NCBI GenBank assembly: GCA_051746725.1
Contig: JBNJFI010000027.1
Coordinates: forward strand, 1 to 22,889
Direction: 5' to 3'
Source: Fusobacteriota bacterium
GTDB taxonomy: Bacteria; Fusobacteriota; Fusobacteriia; Fusobacteriales; JBNJFI01
DNA: 22,889 nucleotides
The notes under the pieces are model-generated. The model searched no databases. It was not told the origin of the DNA and saw nothing but the letters and a program-made list of their open reading frames with translations. The position numbers and the translations under genes are program-made. Shown in pieces: positions 7,556-16,614 of the stretch (positions are counted from its first letter, which is position 1; each line of letters starts with the position of its first letter).

Positions 7556-8753
7556 TACTTATCACCTCAACTTTACTGGTAAATTCTCCGTCAGAAACCT
7601 TTGTAGTTATAAGGTCTTTAGGATTAACGTCTTTTAATTTTTTTATAGTTCTTCCATTTATAGTAGTTATTGAATATCCTCGATTTAAAATATTCAAAGG
7701 ATCTAAACTTTTTAATTTTCCTTCTCTTAATTCTAGCTTATGTTTATATTTTTTGATCAAATTATAAAATTCCTTTTCGATTTTTTCTTCCTTTTCCACT
7801 AAGAGTCCGCTTTTAGCTTCTAAAATAGATTCATAGTTTTTCAAAATATAGGTTTCCTGCCTCTGTTTTAACTCCAGTTTTGCCATATCTAATCTTTTAG
7901 TTATATCATTTTTTAATTTTTTTTCTCTTTCATCTAGTTGTTTTATCAACTCTTTTTTTATTGGCACTACTATCTCAGAGGCATGTGTTGGAGTTGCAGC
8001 TCTTATATCTGAGATAAAATCAGATATTAAAAAATCTATTTCATGTCCCACGGCGGAAACTATGGGTTTTTCAGATTTGTATATAGCATCTACAACTAAT
8101 TTTTCATTAAAAGCCCATAAATCCTCAATGCTTCCTCCACCTCTTCCAACTATAATTACATCAATTTCTTCTATCTTATTTAAAGTTTTTATTCCTTTTG
8201 TAATTTCTTCTTTTGCACCATCTCCTTGAACCTTAGATGGATAAACATATATATTTATATTAGAAAATCTGTTTCTTGCAGTATTAATTATATCTTTTAC
8301 TGCCGCTCCTGTTCCAGACGTTATTACTCCTATGTTTAAAGGCAATTTAGGTAGTTTCTTTTTATGTTTGTCATCAAAATAACCAGCTTTTTTGAGCTTT
8401 TTCTTTAACCTCTCCATTTTAGCATATAAAAGTCCCTGTTTATTTTGTCTTTCTATTGACTTTACAATTACTTGATATTTTCCATTTCTCTCATATAAAC
8501 TTATTTTTCCTACTAGATTTACCTCTTCTCCTTCTTCTAAATCTGTAGGGACATTTTTATATTTATATTGAAATGCCGCACATTTTACACTTGCTGATTC
8601 ATCTTTAAGAGTAAAATATAAATGTCCACTTTTATAATAAGTAATATTAGAAATTTCTCCTTTTAAATTAAATTCTTGAAAATTAGGATTTTTTTCAAGA
8701 TATCTTTTTACTTCTTTATTTAATTGTGATACAGAATATATTGTTTTATTCAT
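7545..8753 (-). CDS. xseA: Exodeoxyribonuclease VII large subunit
   Basis: YSVSQLN, GEISN...SGHLYFTLKD, GRGGGSIEDLWAFN, SAVGHEID, RAATPT and LNRGYSI. Confidence 0.97.
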   Translation of the reverse strand: MNKTIYSVSQLNKEVKRYLEKNPNFQEFNLKGEISNITYYKSGHLYFTLKDESASVKCAAFQYKYKNVPTDLEEGEEVNLVGKISLYERNGKYQVIVKSIERQNKQGLLYAKMERLKKKLKKAGYFDDKHKKKLPKLPLNIGVITSGTGAAVKDIINTARNRFSNINIYVYPSKVQGDGAKEEITKGIKTLNKIEEIDVIIVGRGGGSIEDLWAFNEKLVVDAIYKSEKPIVSAVGHEIDFLISDFISDIRAATPTHASEIVVPIKKELIKQLDEREKKLKNDITKRLDMAKLELKQRQETYILKNYESILEAKSGLLVEKEEKIEKEFYNLIKKYKHKLELREGKLKSLDPLNILNRGYSITTINGRTIKKLKDVNPKDLITTKVSDGEFTSKVEVISSEK

Positions 8754-8775
8754 AATATCTCTCCTATATATTTTA

Positions 8776-10758
8776 TTAAAATTCCAATAATAGTTCTTCT
8801 AATTCCTTAACTCGATCCCTTTTTTGTATGGCTTTTTCGAAGTTTAACTCTTCTGCCAATGTTTCCATTTCGCCTTTTAATTTTATTATATCTTTTTGTA
8901 TATCACTTCTACTTTTATAAACTTTTTTGATACCTTCATCTTCATCATCCATTAAACTGGTATATCCTAAATTTACAAGGTCTTTAGATATCTCTTTAAT
9001 TATACTTTCAGGATTTATATTGTGTTCTTCATTATACTCAATCTGTTTTTCTCGTCGTCTTTCGGTTTCATCTATAGCAGCTTTCATGGATTTTGTTATT
9101 CTATCTGCGTATAATATTGCCTTTCCCTCTACATTACGAGCTGCTCTTCCCATTGTCTGGATTAATGATCGCCGTGATCGTAAAAATCCTTCCTTATCTG
9201 CTTCTAATATCGCAACCAATGAAACTTCAGGAATATCCAATCCTTCTCTTAAAAGGTTTATTCCAACCAATACATCAAATTCATTTTTCCTTAATCCCCT
9301 TATTATTTGTACTCTTTCTAGGGTATCAATATCTGAATGCATATATCTAACTCTAACACCTAAATCAGTATAATAATCAGTTAGCTCTTCAGCCATCTTT
9401 TTTGTTAAAGTTGTTACCAAAACCCTTTCATTTCTTTCTTCTCGAAGTCTTATTTCTTCTAGAAGATCATCTATCTGGTTTACTGTAGGTCTTATTATTA
9501 TTTCAGGTTCAATCAATCCAGTTGGCCTTACTAATTGTTCCACAAATTCTCCTTGTGTTTTTTCTAACTCAAAATCCCCTGGAGTTGCAGATACATAAAT
9601 AAGTTGATGCGCTTTTTCTAAAAACTCTTCCTTAGTAAGTGGCCGGTTATCATAGGCAGAAGGTAATCTAAATCCATTTTCAATAAGGTTTGTCTTCCGA
9701 GATCTATCCCCTTTATACATACCACCTATTTGTGGCATCCCTATATGTGATTCATCTATTACTATTAAAAAATCATCTGGAAAATAATCTAATAAAGTTG
9801 CAGGAGATTCCCCCTCTTCTCGTCCAGATAAATATCGAGAATAATTTTCAATTCCCTTGCAATATCCAATTTCTCTTATCATTTCAAGGTCATATTCTGT
9901 TCTTTGCTTAATTCTTTGAGCTTCTAGAATTTTATTTTGTTTTCTAAACTCAGCGACTCTCTCTTCTTTTTCTTTATTAATTTTTTTTAACATATCTTCT
10001 TTTTTATCTTCATCTATTATATAATGAGTTGCTGGCAAAATATTAATTTGATCCAAATTTTTTCGAACCTTTTTTCCTGTTAATGGATCTATTTCTGATA
10101 TCATTTCAAACTCATCACCAAAAAATTCCAGTCTATAAGCAGTGTCCATATATATAGGATAGATATCTAAAATATCACCTTTGACTCTAAAATAACCTCG
10201 TCTAAATTCAATATCATTCCTTTCATATAAGAGGTCTATTAACCTTTGGATTATTTCTTTTCTCGTCATATCCGTTTCTTTATCAATATAGAGAGCTTTA
10301 TCTTGATAAACCTTTGGAGTCCCCAATCCATAAATCGCTGATACAGATGCTATTATTATCACACTATCATTATTTAATAACGAAGCTGTAGCTTCATGTC
10401 TTAATCTTTCTATTTCATCATTTATTGAAGAATCTTTTTCAATAAATGTATCTGTAGTTTTTATGTATGCCTCTGGTTGATAGTAGTCATAATAAGAAAC
10501 AAAATATCCCACTTTATTCTCAGGAAAAAACTCTTTATATTCACTATATAACTGCGCTGCCAAAGTTTTATTTGGGGCCATAACTAATGTAGGTTTATTG
10601 ACTTTTTCTATTACATTTGCAATAGTAAACGTCTTCCCAGATCCTGTTACTCCAAGTAAAACCTGATGTTTTCTATTATCCACAATATTTCTTGATAATT
10701 CATGTATCGCTTCTGGTTGATCCCCTGTTGGAGAAAACTTAGAATGAAGTTTAAACAT
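8776..10758 (-). CDS. uvrB: Excinuclease ABC subunit B
   Basis: GVTGSGKT Walker A, FVSYYDYYQPEAY, DESH, GINLLREGLD and QTMGRAARN, plus a C-terminal UVR domain. Confidence 0.99.
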   Translation of the reverse strand: MFKLHSKFSPTGDQPEAIHELSRNIVDNRKHQVLLGVTGSGKTFTIANVIEKVNKPTLVMAPNKTLAAQLYSEYKEFFPENKVGYFVSYYDYYQPEAYIKTTDTFIEKDSSINDEIERLRHEATASLLNNDSVIIIASVSAIYGLGTPKVYQDKALYIDKETDMTRKEIIQRLIDLLYERNDIEFRRGYFRVKGDILDIYPIYMDTAYRLEFFGDEFEMISEIDPLTGKKVRKNLDQINILPATHYIIDEDKKEDMLKKINKEKEERVAEFRKQNKILEAQRIKQRTEYDLEMIREIGYCKGIENYSRYLSGREEGESPATLLDYFPDDFLIVIDESHIGMPQIGGMYKGDRSRKTNLIENGFRLPSAYDNRPLTKEEFLEKAHQLIYVSATPGDFELEKTQGEFVEQLVRPTGLIEPEIIIRPTVNQIDDLLEEIRLREERNERVLVTTLTKKMAEELTDYYTDLGVRVRYMHSDIDTLERVQIIRGLRKNEFDVLVGINLLREGLDIPEVSLVAILEADKEGFLRSRRSLIQTMGRAARNVEGKAILYADRITKSMKAAIDETERRREKQIEYNEEHNINPESIIKEISKDLVNLGYTSLMDDEDEGIKKVYKSRSDIQKDIIKLKGEMETLAEELNFEKAIQKRDRVKELEELLLEF

Positions 10759-10770
10759 ATGTCACCTCCT

Positions 10771-10802
10771 AAAAAAATTAGCCGAAACAGATGTCTCGGC
10801 TA
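10771..10802 (-). terminator. Intrinsic terminator after the wzz-like gene
   Basis: Minus strand TAGCCGAGACA-TC-TGTTTCGGCTA-A-TTTTTTT. One pair is G-U only on the minus strand, and a 7-U tract follows. Confidence 0.75.
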
Positions 10803-10835
10803 TAGGTATATAAATAATTTTTATTTTTATTTTAT

Positions 10836-12050
10836 TTATTCCTGTAATTTACTCCAATCAACACCATTTATAAATTCTTTAAAAAAAGCAATAAATATTC
10901 CTAAAAAACCACCTAACACAAATGCAATAACTACATTTAACCTTTTGTTTGGTTTTGATGGTCGTTTAGGTGCTAAAGAACCATCTATTATATTTAAGAT
11001 GTCGCTATCTTGAACTTCCTCTAATTTTGCTGTTTCGAATTCTTTTAGTACCATTTTATAAACTTCAACAGTAGCTTCTAATTCTCTTTGTAATCGAACC
11101 ATTTTTAATTTTATATCGGGTATATCATTTAATGCTATTAATTTTACAGGCATGTCTTCTTTACCGTGTTTTAAGTTTTCTAGTTGTTCTTTATATACCT
11201 TTAATTCTTCTTCTATTTTTTTAACCTCAATATTTTCAGATCCAGCAAATTGTCTTGCTATTTGCAGTTGTCCACTCAACTCTAATATCTTTTTTTTCTG
11301 TTGAGCCATTATCTCAGTTACAGCTTTCGCTTCATCCAAGATTGAAATAGTATCATATTTTTTTTCTATAGCCTTTAATTCTTCTTCTTGATCTTCAAGT
11401 TTATCTTCTACCCTTTTTAATTGTTTTTCTAAAAATGTTTTATTTTGTTTTGACTTAGTTTTTTTTTCTTTTTTGACATAATCTTCAAAAATATCATAAT
11501 ATGTATCGGCAATCTTTTTTGCCATCTTAGGATCAGATAACTCAACAGAAATAGTATATAATCCTGTTTTATCATCTTGATTGATAGTCACCAATTCTTT
11601 TATCCAATTTGCAACATTTAAATCAGTGGGTCTATTATCTAACTCAATTTCCTCTAAATCAATTTCATTTTTAGTAATGTAGTAGTCAAATAAATTTGCC
11701 TGCTCAACCACTTTTAATCTATGAGTTCTCGACTTCATAATCATATTTACATCTATTCCACCGGAACCTCCACTGGAAAATCCTGCTAAAGAAGCGAGGG
11801 GATTTGACGATAAAGCGCTTAATCCACCTCCTGAAGAGGCTTCTCTGGTAAATGTTAATTCTGATACATATATTTCCTCTTGATTCAAAGTAATTATAAT
11901 CCCTAAAATAGTAATAATAATAGTTGTAGCAATTATAATATACTTATTTTGCCATATAACTTTAATTAAATCCATTAAATCAATTTCATCTTCATAGTAT
12001 GTTTCTTCTCTTCTCGTCTCTGATAATTCCAAATCTTTATTTTTCTCCAA
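10836..12050 (-). CDS. Polysaccharide co-polymerase / chain-length determinant (Wzz/GumC family)
   Basis: EDEIDLMDLIKVIW followed by TM1, a long coiled coil, the Pro-rich APKRPSKP motif and a Gly-rich TM2 (GGFLG). No kinase domain. TTG start with SD GAGGAGG. Confidence 0.88.
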   Translation of the reverse strand: MEKNKDLELSETRREETYYEDEIDLMDLIKVIWQNKYIIIATTIIITILGIIITLNQEEIYVSELTFTREASSGGGLSALSSNPLASLAGFSSGGSGGIDVNMIMKSRTHRLKVVEQANLFDYYITKNEIDLEEIELDNRPTDLNVANWIKELVTINQDDKTGLYTISVELSDPKMAKKIADTYYDIFEDYVKKEKKTKSKQNKTFLEKQLKRVEDKLEDQEEELKAIEKKYDTISILDEAKAVTEIMAQQKKKILELSGQLQIARQFAGSENIEVKKIEEELKVYKEQLENLKHGKEDMPVKLIALNDIPDIKLKMVRLQRELEATVEVYKMVLKEFETAKLEEVQDSDILNIIDGSLAPKRPSKPNKRLNVVIAFVLGGFLGIFIAFFKEFINGVDWSKLQE

Positions 12051-12070
12051 TCTTTCCTCCTCATAATCAA

Positions 12071-12985
12071 CTAATCTTGAATATTTTTCATTTTTAACAT
12101 ATCAATTTCTAACCCTTCGTAGGCTATATCACTATTTTTAAATATTTTTCTTGCAATATTAACTTTTTTTTCAATCTCTTCATCAGTACTTTCTGGATCG
12201 TGATGTGTTAATAATAGTTTTTTTACATTGGCTCTCTTAGCATTTTCTGCAGCCATTTCAGGAGTACTATGTCCCCATCCTTGTTTATTCAAATAATCTT
12301 TTTTTAGATAAGCTGCGTCATGTATTAGTAAGTCAGCTTCTGATGAAAATTTGATTAACTTAGTATCTCCTCCACTATAACTTTCTACATCAGTGGCAAA
12401 TACAAATGATTTATTTTTATATTCTATTTTATAGATATATATTCCGTTTTTAGGGTGATTATAACCTTTTAATACTTTTATTACTAAATCATCTTTAGTT
12501 ATATTATAATCAGAATGAAATTTATTATATTTTACTAAACCTTGATTCCCTTTTTTGAGAACCAAAATATTTACACTGCATAAATCCAAAGCCTCTTTTT
12601 GACTATCCATCTCTTCATAAGATACTGGAAAATAGGAATGATTCATTGTATTAGCTATAACATCTTTTATTCCTACTCCTAAAAATTTGGGGCCAAAAAT
12701 ATTTAATTTATAATTTCCCAAGTGGGCGGGCAAAAAAGATGACATCCCCTCGGTATGATCTTTATGAGTATGTGTAAATATCATATTAATAGTGTTCCAT
12801 TTTTTTTCTTTGACGATTTTCTTTCCTAAATCTATAATTCCAGTACCTGCATCAATTATTACAATTCCCATTTCTGTTTCAATTTCTACACACGTTGTGT
12901 TTCCTCCATATTTCAAAGATCTTTCCCCAGAGACAGGATAACTTCCACGGGTCCCCCATAACTTAATTTTAAACCCCATTATCAA
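12071..12985 (-). CDS. MBL-fold metallo-hydrolase (RNase Z/phosphodiesterase-like)
   Basis: WGTRGS, YGGNTTCVE, IIDAGTG, THTHKDH (HxHxDH), NHP, ATD, WGHS and THHDP. The start may instead be the ATG at 12979. Confidence 0.9.
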   Translation of the reverse strand: MIMGFKIKLWGTRGSYPVSGERSLKYGGNTTCVEIETEMGIVIIDAGTGIIDLGKKIVKEKKWNTINMIFTHTHKDHTEGMSSFLPAHLGNYKLNIFGPKFLGVGIKDVIANTMNHSYFPVSYEEMDSQKEALDLCSVNILVLKKGNQGLVKYNKFHSDYNITKDDLVIKVLKGYNHPKNGIYIYKIEYKNKSFVFATDVESYSGGDTKLIKFSSEADLLIHDAAYLKKDYLNKQGWGHSTPEMAAENAKRANVKKLLLTHHDPESTDEEIEKKVNIARKIFKNSDIAYEGLEIDMLKMKNIQD

Positions 12986-13023
12986 TCACACTCCTAAGTT
13001 TTATATTTTGTAAATATAATATA

Positions 13024-14427
13024 TTAATCAAAATTTAATGTCAAAATCTCTTGTAATTCATCAATATCAATTTCTTCTAAAAAAATCTTTACTAACTTAG
13101 GATCAAACTGAGTTCCACTATTATCTAATATCTCTTTTCTTGCAACTTCTATATTCATTCCTTTTCTATATGATCTATTAGATGTCATTGCATCAAATGC
13201 ATCTGCTATGGATATTATTCTAGCTTCAAAGATTATCTCTTCTGCATTTAATCCATCTGGATATCCAGTTCCATTCCATTTTTCATGATGCTGCTTTACA
13301 ATTGAAGAAATGTACTTCATATTTCTAATTGGTCGTATTATTTCTGAACTTTTTACTGGATGTTTCTTTATTTCACCATATTCAAAATCTGTTAAAGAAC
13401 TTTTTTTATTTAATATGTTTTCTGACAGACCGATTTTTCCAACGTCATGTAGTAAAGCTGCCATCTTTAATTTTCTAATTCTATTTTCATCCATTCCTAA
13501 CTTTTTTGCAATTAATTCCGATATCTTTTCAACTCTTTTAGAATGTCCTTGAGTATAATGATCCTTGGCATCAATTGCAAATGAAAGTGATTCAGCCATT
13601 TCAATATTAATATGTTGAGCCTGCCTTAACAAATCAGAATTTTCAATTATTACCCCTGCTTGACTTAAAATATCATTGATCCATTCCATTTCAAAATCTC
13701 TAAAGTTTGAATTCTCTTTTTCTAATAAAAGATATCCTTTAATATTATTTTTTATAATCATCGGTAGAATCACAATAAAATTATCTTTTATTTTAATTGG
13801 AGAATAAATATCATGTTTTTCTATAAATTCTTTTATAGTTTTGCCATTTATCCCTGTTAATTTTCCTTTTAAATCATAATCTTTTCCCTCATAATTAGGA
13901 AGTACAAAAACAGCATTTTTACCCATTAATTCTAATATTAAACCTGATATTTTTTGAAGAACATTTTCTAGATTCAGATTTAACCTTAATAATTTCGTTA
14001 TTTTGTATAATATTTGGTATCTTAATAAGTCTTTTTTCAAACGATTGCTTTCTAGTTTCTTCTGAGTTCTCTTATATATGCCATCTAAATCTAGTGTTTC
14101 TAATAAATTATAAATGTTTAATGTGTTTCCTGTATATTTTAGTACATCTATAGCACCTTCTCTAAAATATTTTCTCATTTCACTATTTTTTATTTTTTCA
14201 TTTGAAATAATAACGTGATCTATTATACTCAAGTTTATATAATAATTATTTTTTACAAAATCATCAGTGTATTCATCTATATCTAGTATTAAAAAGTCAG
14301 AATTTTGGTTATTAATTATAAAATCCAGAGCTTTCATGTATTTTTCAAATTTTTTTATATTATATGGTATGTTTTCTGTTTCCAATACATCCTTTTTTGA
14401 AACAATAATTATATTTTTTCTTTCCAT
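13024..14427 (-). CDS. HD-GYP cyclic-dinucleotide phosphodiesterase with degenerate receiver and GAF-like domains
   Basis: C-terminal AKDHYTQGHS, LLHDVGKIG, HHEKWNGTGYP, ADAFDAMTSNRSYR and GTQFDP. N-terminal DFLILDID...GAIDVL is REC-like. The middle region is GAF-like (ILPM...GYLLL...F...E...LSQAGVIIEN). Confidence 0.9.
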   Translation of the reverse strand: MERKNIIIVSKKDVLETENIPYNIKKFEKYMKALDFIINNQNSDFLILDIDEYTDDFVKNNYYINLSIIDHVIISNEKIKNSEMRKYFREGAIDVLKYTGNTLNIYNLLETLDLDGIYKRTQKKLESNRLKKDLLRYQILYKITKLLRLNLNLENVLQKISGLILELMGKNAVFVLPNYEGKDYDLKGKLTGINGKTIKEFIEKHDIYSPIKIKDNFIVILPMIIKNNIKGYLLLEKENSNFRDFEMEWINDILSQAGVIIENSDLLRQAQHINIEMAESLSFAIDAKDHYTQGHSKRVEKISELIAKKLGMDENRIRKLKMAALLHDVGKIGLSENILNKKSSLTDFEYGEIKKHPVKSSEIIRPIRNMKYISSIVKQHHEKWNGTGYPDGLNAEEIIFEARIISIADAFDAMTSNRSYRKGMNIEVARKEILDNSGTQFDPKLVKIFLEEIDIDELQEILTLNFD

Positions 14428-14436
14428 TAGATCTCC

Positions 14437-15147
14437 TTACCTATAATAATTTTGCACCTCTTTTACGTATTTATTATTATCGTCGTATATTATTAATTCT
14501 GGAATAATATTCAATCCTAAATCTTTATTTTTAATAGCTTCCAGCATAAATAAATTAGCATTTTTATTTTTCTTCGTTCTTATAAATCGTATTCTATGGG
14601 TTATAAAATCATTGTCATCCAAATTAGATAAAAGTTCTTCAAATCGCTTTGTTCTATATATAATATTAAAACTTCCCCCTGAGTTAAGACAATCTCCTGC
14701 TTTTTTTATTAATTCAGAAAGATTTACTTTGAGTTCTGATCTCGATATAGCTTTTTGAATATTAGTACTTATTTTTCCTGTATCAGTTTTCATATAAGGA
14801 GGATTTGATATTATTATATCAAATTTTTTGTTTATTTTTTTTATATCTTTGTTTATTATTTTAATCTTATTCGATAGCTGATTTAAAATTATTGATCTTT
14901 GAGCCATATCAGAAATATTATCTTGAATTTCATATCCATAAATCTTTTTAAGCTTTTTTCGATTTGAAAGTAAAATTGGCATAATAGCAGACCCTGTTCC
15001 AAAGTCTGCTATTATAGAGTCTTTTCTTATGTTTAAAAAATTAACTAATAATATAGGGTCCATTGAAAATCTATATCCATCTTTTTTCTGAATAATCTTT
15101 TTATTAATTTTTTCTAATGGTTCCAATATTTCATCTTCTAAGATCAT
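14437..15147 (-). CDS. tRNA1(Val) adenine(37)-N6-methyltransferase (YfiC/TrmM/YabB family)
   Basis: IIQKKDGYRFSMDPILL, SAM motif DFGTG and ISNPPY. It is adjacent to ricT/yaaT as yabB is in Firmicutes, with an ATGA overlap. Confidence 0.88.
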   Translation of the reverse strand: MILEDEILEPLEKINKKIIQKKDGYRFSMDPILLVNFLNIRKDSIIADFGTGSAIMPILLSNRKKLKKIYGYEIQDNISDMAQRSIILNQLSNKIKIINKDIKKINKKFDIIISNPPYMKTDTGKISTNIQKAISRSELKVNLSELIKKAGDCLNSGGSFNIIYRTKRFEELLSNLDDNDFITHRIRFIRTKKNKNANLFMLEAIKNKDLGLNIIPELIIYDDNNKYVKEVQNYYR

Positions 15148-15995
15148 TTTTTATTACCTTTTTTATTGCTCTTTTTTTTAGAAGCTTTTTTGCTATTAAC
15201 TTTTAATTTGTCTAAATCTACTTTTTCAATTCCTCCATCTTTCATTTTAACTTGTACTTTCTCATTTAAAGGATCTAAATTAGAAACACAACCTTTTTTG
15301 TCTCCAATTTTTACTTTAGTCCCTAATTTTGGACATCTCTTTAGAGCTTCTTCATATTGATCTGATTCGTATTTTATGCAGCATAATAGTCTTCCACATG
15401 AACCAGATATTTTAGATGGATTAATGATTAAACCTTGTTCTCTAGCCATTTTTATTGATACTGAACTAAAATTATTAATAAATTTTTTACAACAAACTTC
15501 TTGACCGCATATTCCTATATCTCCTAAAATACGAGCTTCATCACGAACTCCTATTTGTCTAAGTTCTATTCTTAATTTAAATATAGATGCTAGATCCTTT
15601 ACTAATTTTCTAAAATCTACTCTTCCTTCAGCAGTGAAATAAAATATTAATTTAGATCTATCTAAAGTATATTCGGAAGCAACTAGTTTCATAGGTAACT
15701 TATGTTTTTTTATCTCTCTTTTACATATAGTAAAGGCTTCCTCTGCTTCTTTTTCTAATTTATGATAATTTTTAATATCTCCTTTAGAAGCCTCTCTTAA
15801 AACTTTACTTACTGGATTATCAAGTTTTTCTTTATCTAAAAGATGAGGGTTTGAAAAAGCTCTACCTAATTCTTTTCCTCTTTGAGTTTCAACTATCAAC
15901 ATATCATCTTTTTTATAATTATCTTCTTCCTTTATTTTACAATAAAACCTCTTATTTGTAACTTTAAAATTAACTCCTATAACCTTACATTTCAT
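15144..15995 (-). CDS. ricT: PSP1-domain Fe-S protein RicT/YaaT
   Basis: FYFTAEGRVDFRKLVKDLA, RIELRQIGVRDEA, CGQEVCC and SGSCGRLLCCIKYE. Confidence 0.92.
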   Translation of the reverse strand: MKCKVIGVNFKVTNKRFYCKIKEEDNYKKDDMLIVETQRGKELGRAFSNPHLLDKEKLDNPVSKVLREASKGDIKNYHKLEKEAEEAFTICKREIKKHKLPMKLVASEYTLDRSKLIFYFTAEGRVDFRKLVKDLASIFKLRIELRQIGVRDEARILGDIGICGQEVCCKKFINNFSSVSIKMAREQGLIINPSKISGSCGRLLCCIKYESDQYEEALKRCPKLGTKVKIGDKKGCVSNLDPLNEKVQVKMKDGGIEKVDLDKLKVNSKKASKKKSNKKGNKK

Positions 15996-16004
15996 TTTTT
16001 CCTC

Positions 16005-16604
16005 CTAAATAATTCCTTTTGTCGACAAAATTCTATCTCCTGTTACTTGCGTCGCTTTATCAAGAGCACGTGCAAATGATTTAAAAAAGCTTTCTATTAT
16101 ATGATGTATATTTTTCCCTCTAATTAAATCTAAATGCATATTTATTCCTCCATTATATGCCACAGAATAAAAGAATTCTTCTACTAATTCAGTATCAAAA
16201 TCTCCAACTTTTCCATATTTAAAATCATGATTAAAATTTAAAAATCCACGCCCACTTAGATCTAATGAAGTTCGCGTTAATGTCTCCATCATTGGAACAT
16301 AAGAAGTTCCATATCTATTTATCCCTTTCTTATCTCCTAAAGCCTCTCTAATTGCTAATCCAAGTGTAATACCAATATCTTCTGTTATATGATGAAAATC
16401 AACCTGAATATCACCATCAGCTTTACAATCTAAATCAAAATTTCCATGTCTAGAAAATAATTCTAACATATGATCTAAAAAACCAACATTTGTAATAATT
16501 TTAGAATTTCCAGAACCATCTATATTAATTTTTAAATCGATATTCGTTTCATTTGTCTTTCGTTTAATTATAGATTCTCGTTTTATCATTTCATTTTTAT
16601 TCAT
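16005..16604 (-). CDS. hisB: Imidazoleglycerol-phosphate dehydratase (monofunctional)
   Basis: RKTNETNI, GFLDHML, DFHHITEDIGI, DLSGR, NIHHIIESFFK and STKG. Confidence 0.95.
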   Translation of the reverse strand: MNKNEMIKRESIIKRKTNETNIDLKINIDGSGNSKIITNVGFLDHMLELFSRHGNFDLDCKADGDIQVDFHHITEDIGITLGLAIREALGDKKGINRYGTSYVPMMETLTRTSLDLSGRGFLNFNHDFKYGKVGDFDTELVEEFFYSVAYNGGINMHLDLIRGKNIHHIIESFFKSFARALDKATQVTGDRILSTKGII

Positions 16605-16614
16605 TATTACTCCT

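Noticed and set aside
13001..13019. 8-bp inverted repeat TTATATTT-N3-AAATATAA between the HD-GYP and MBL genes
   Set aside because: It is purely A/T, expected by chance at this composition, and too weak for a terminator.
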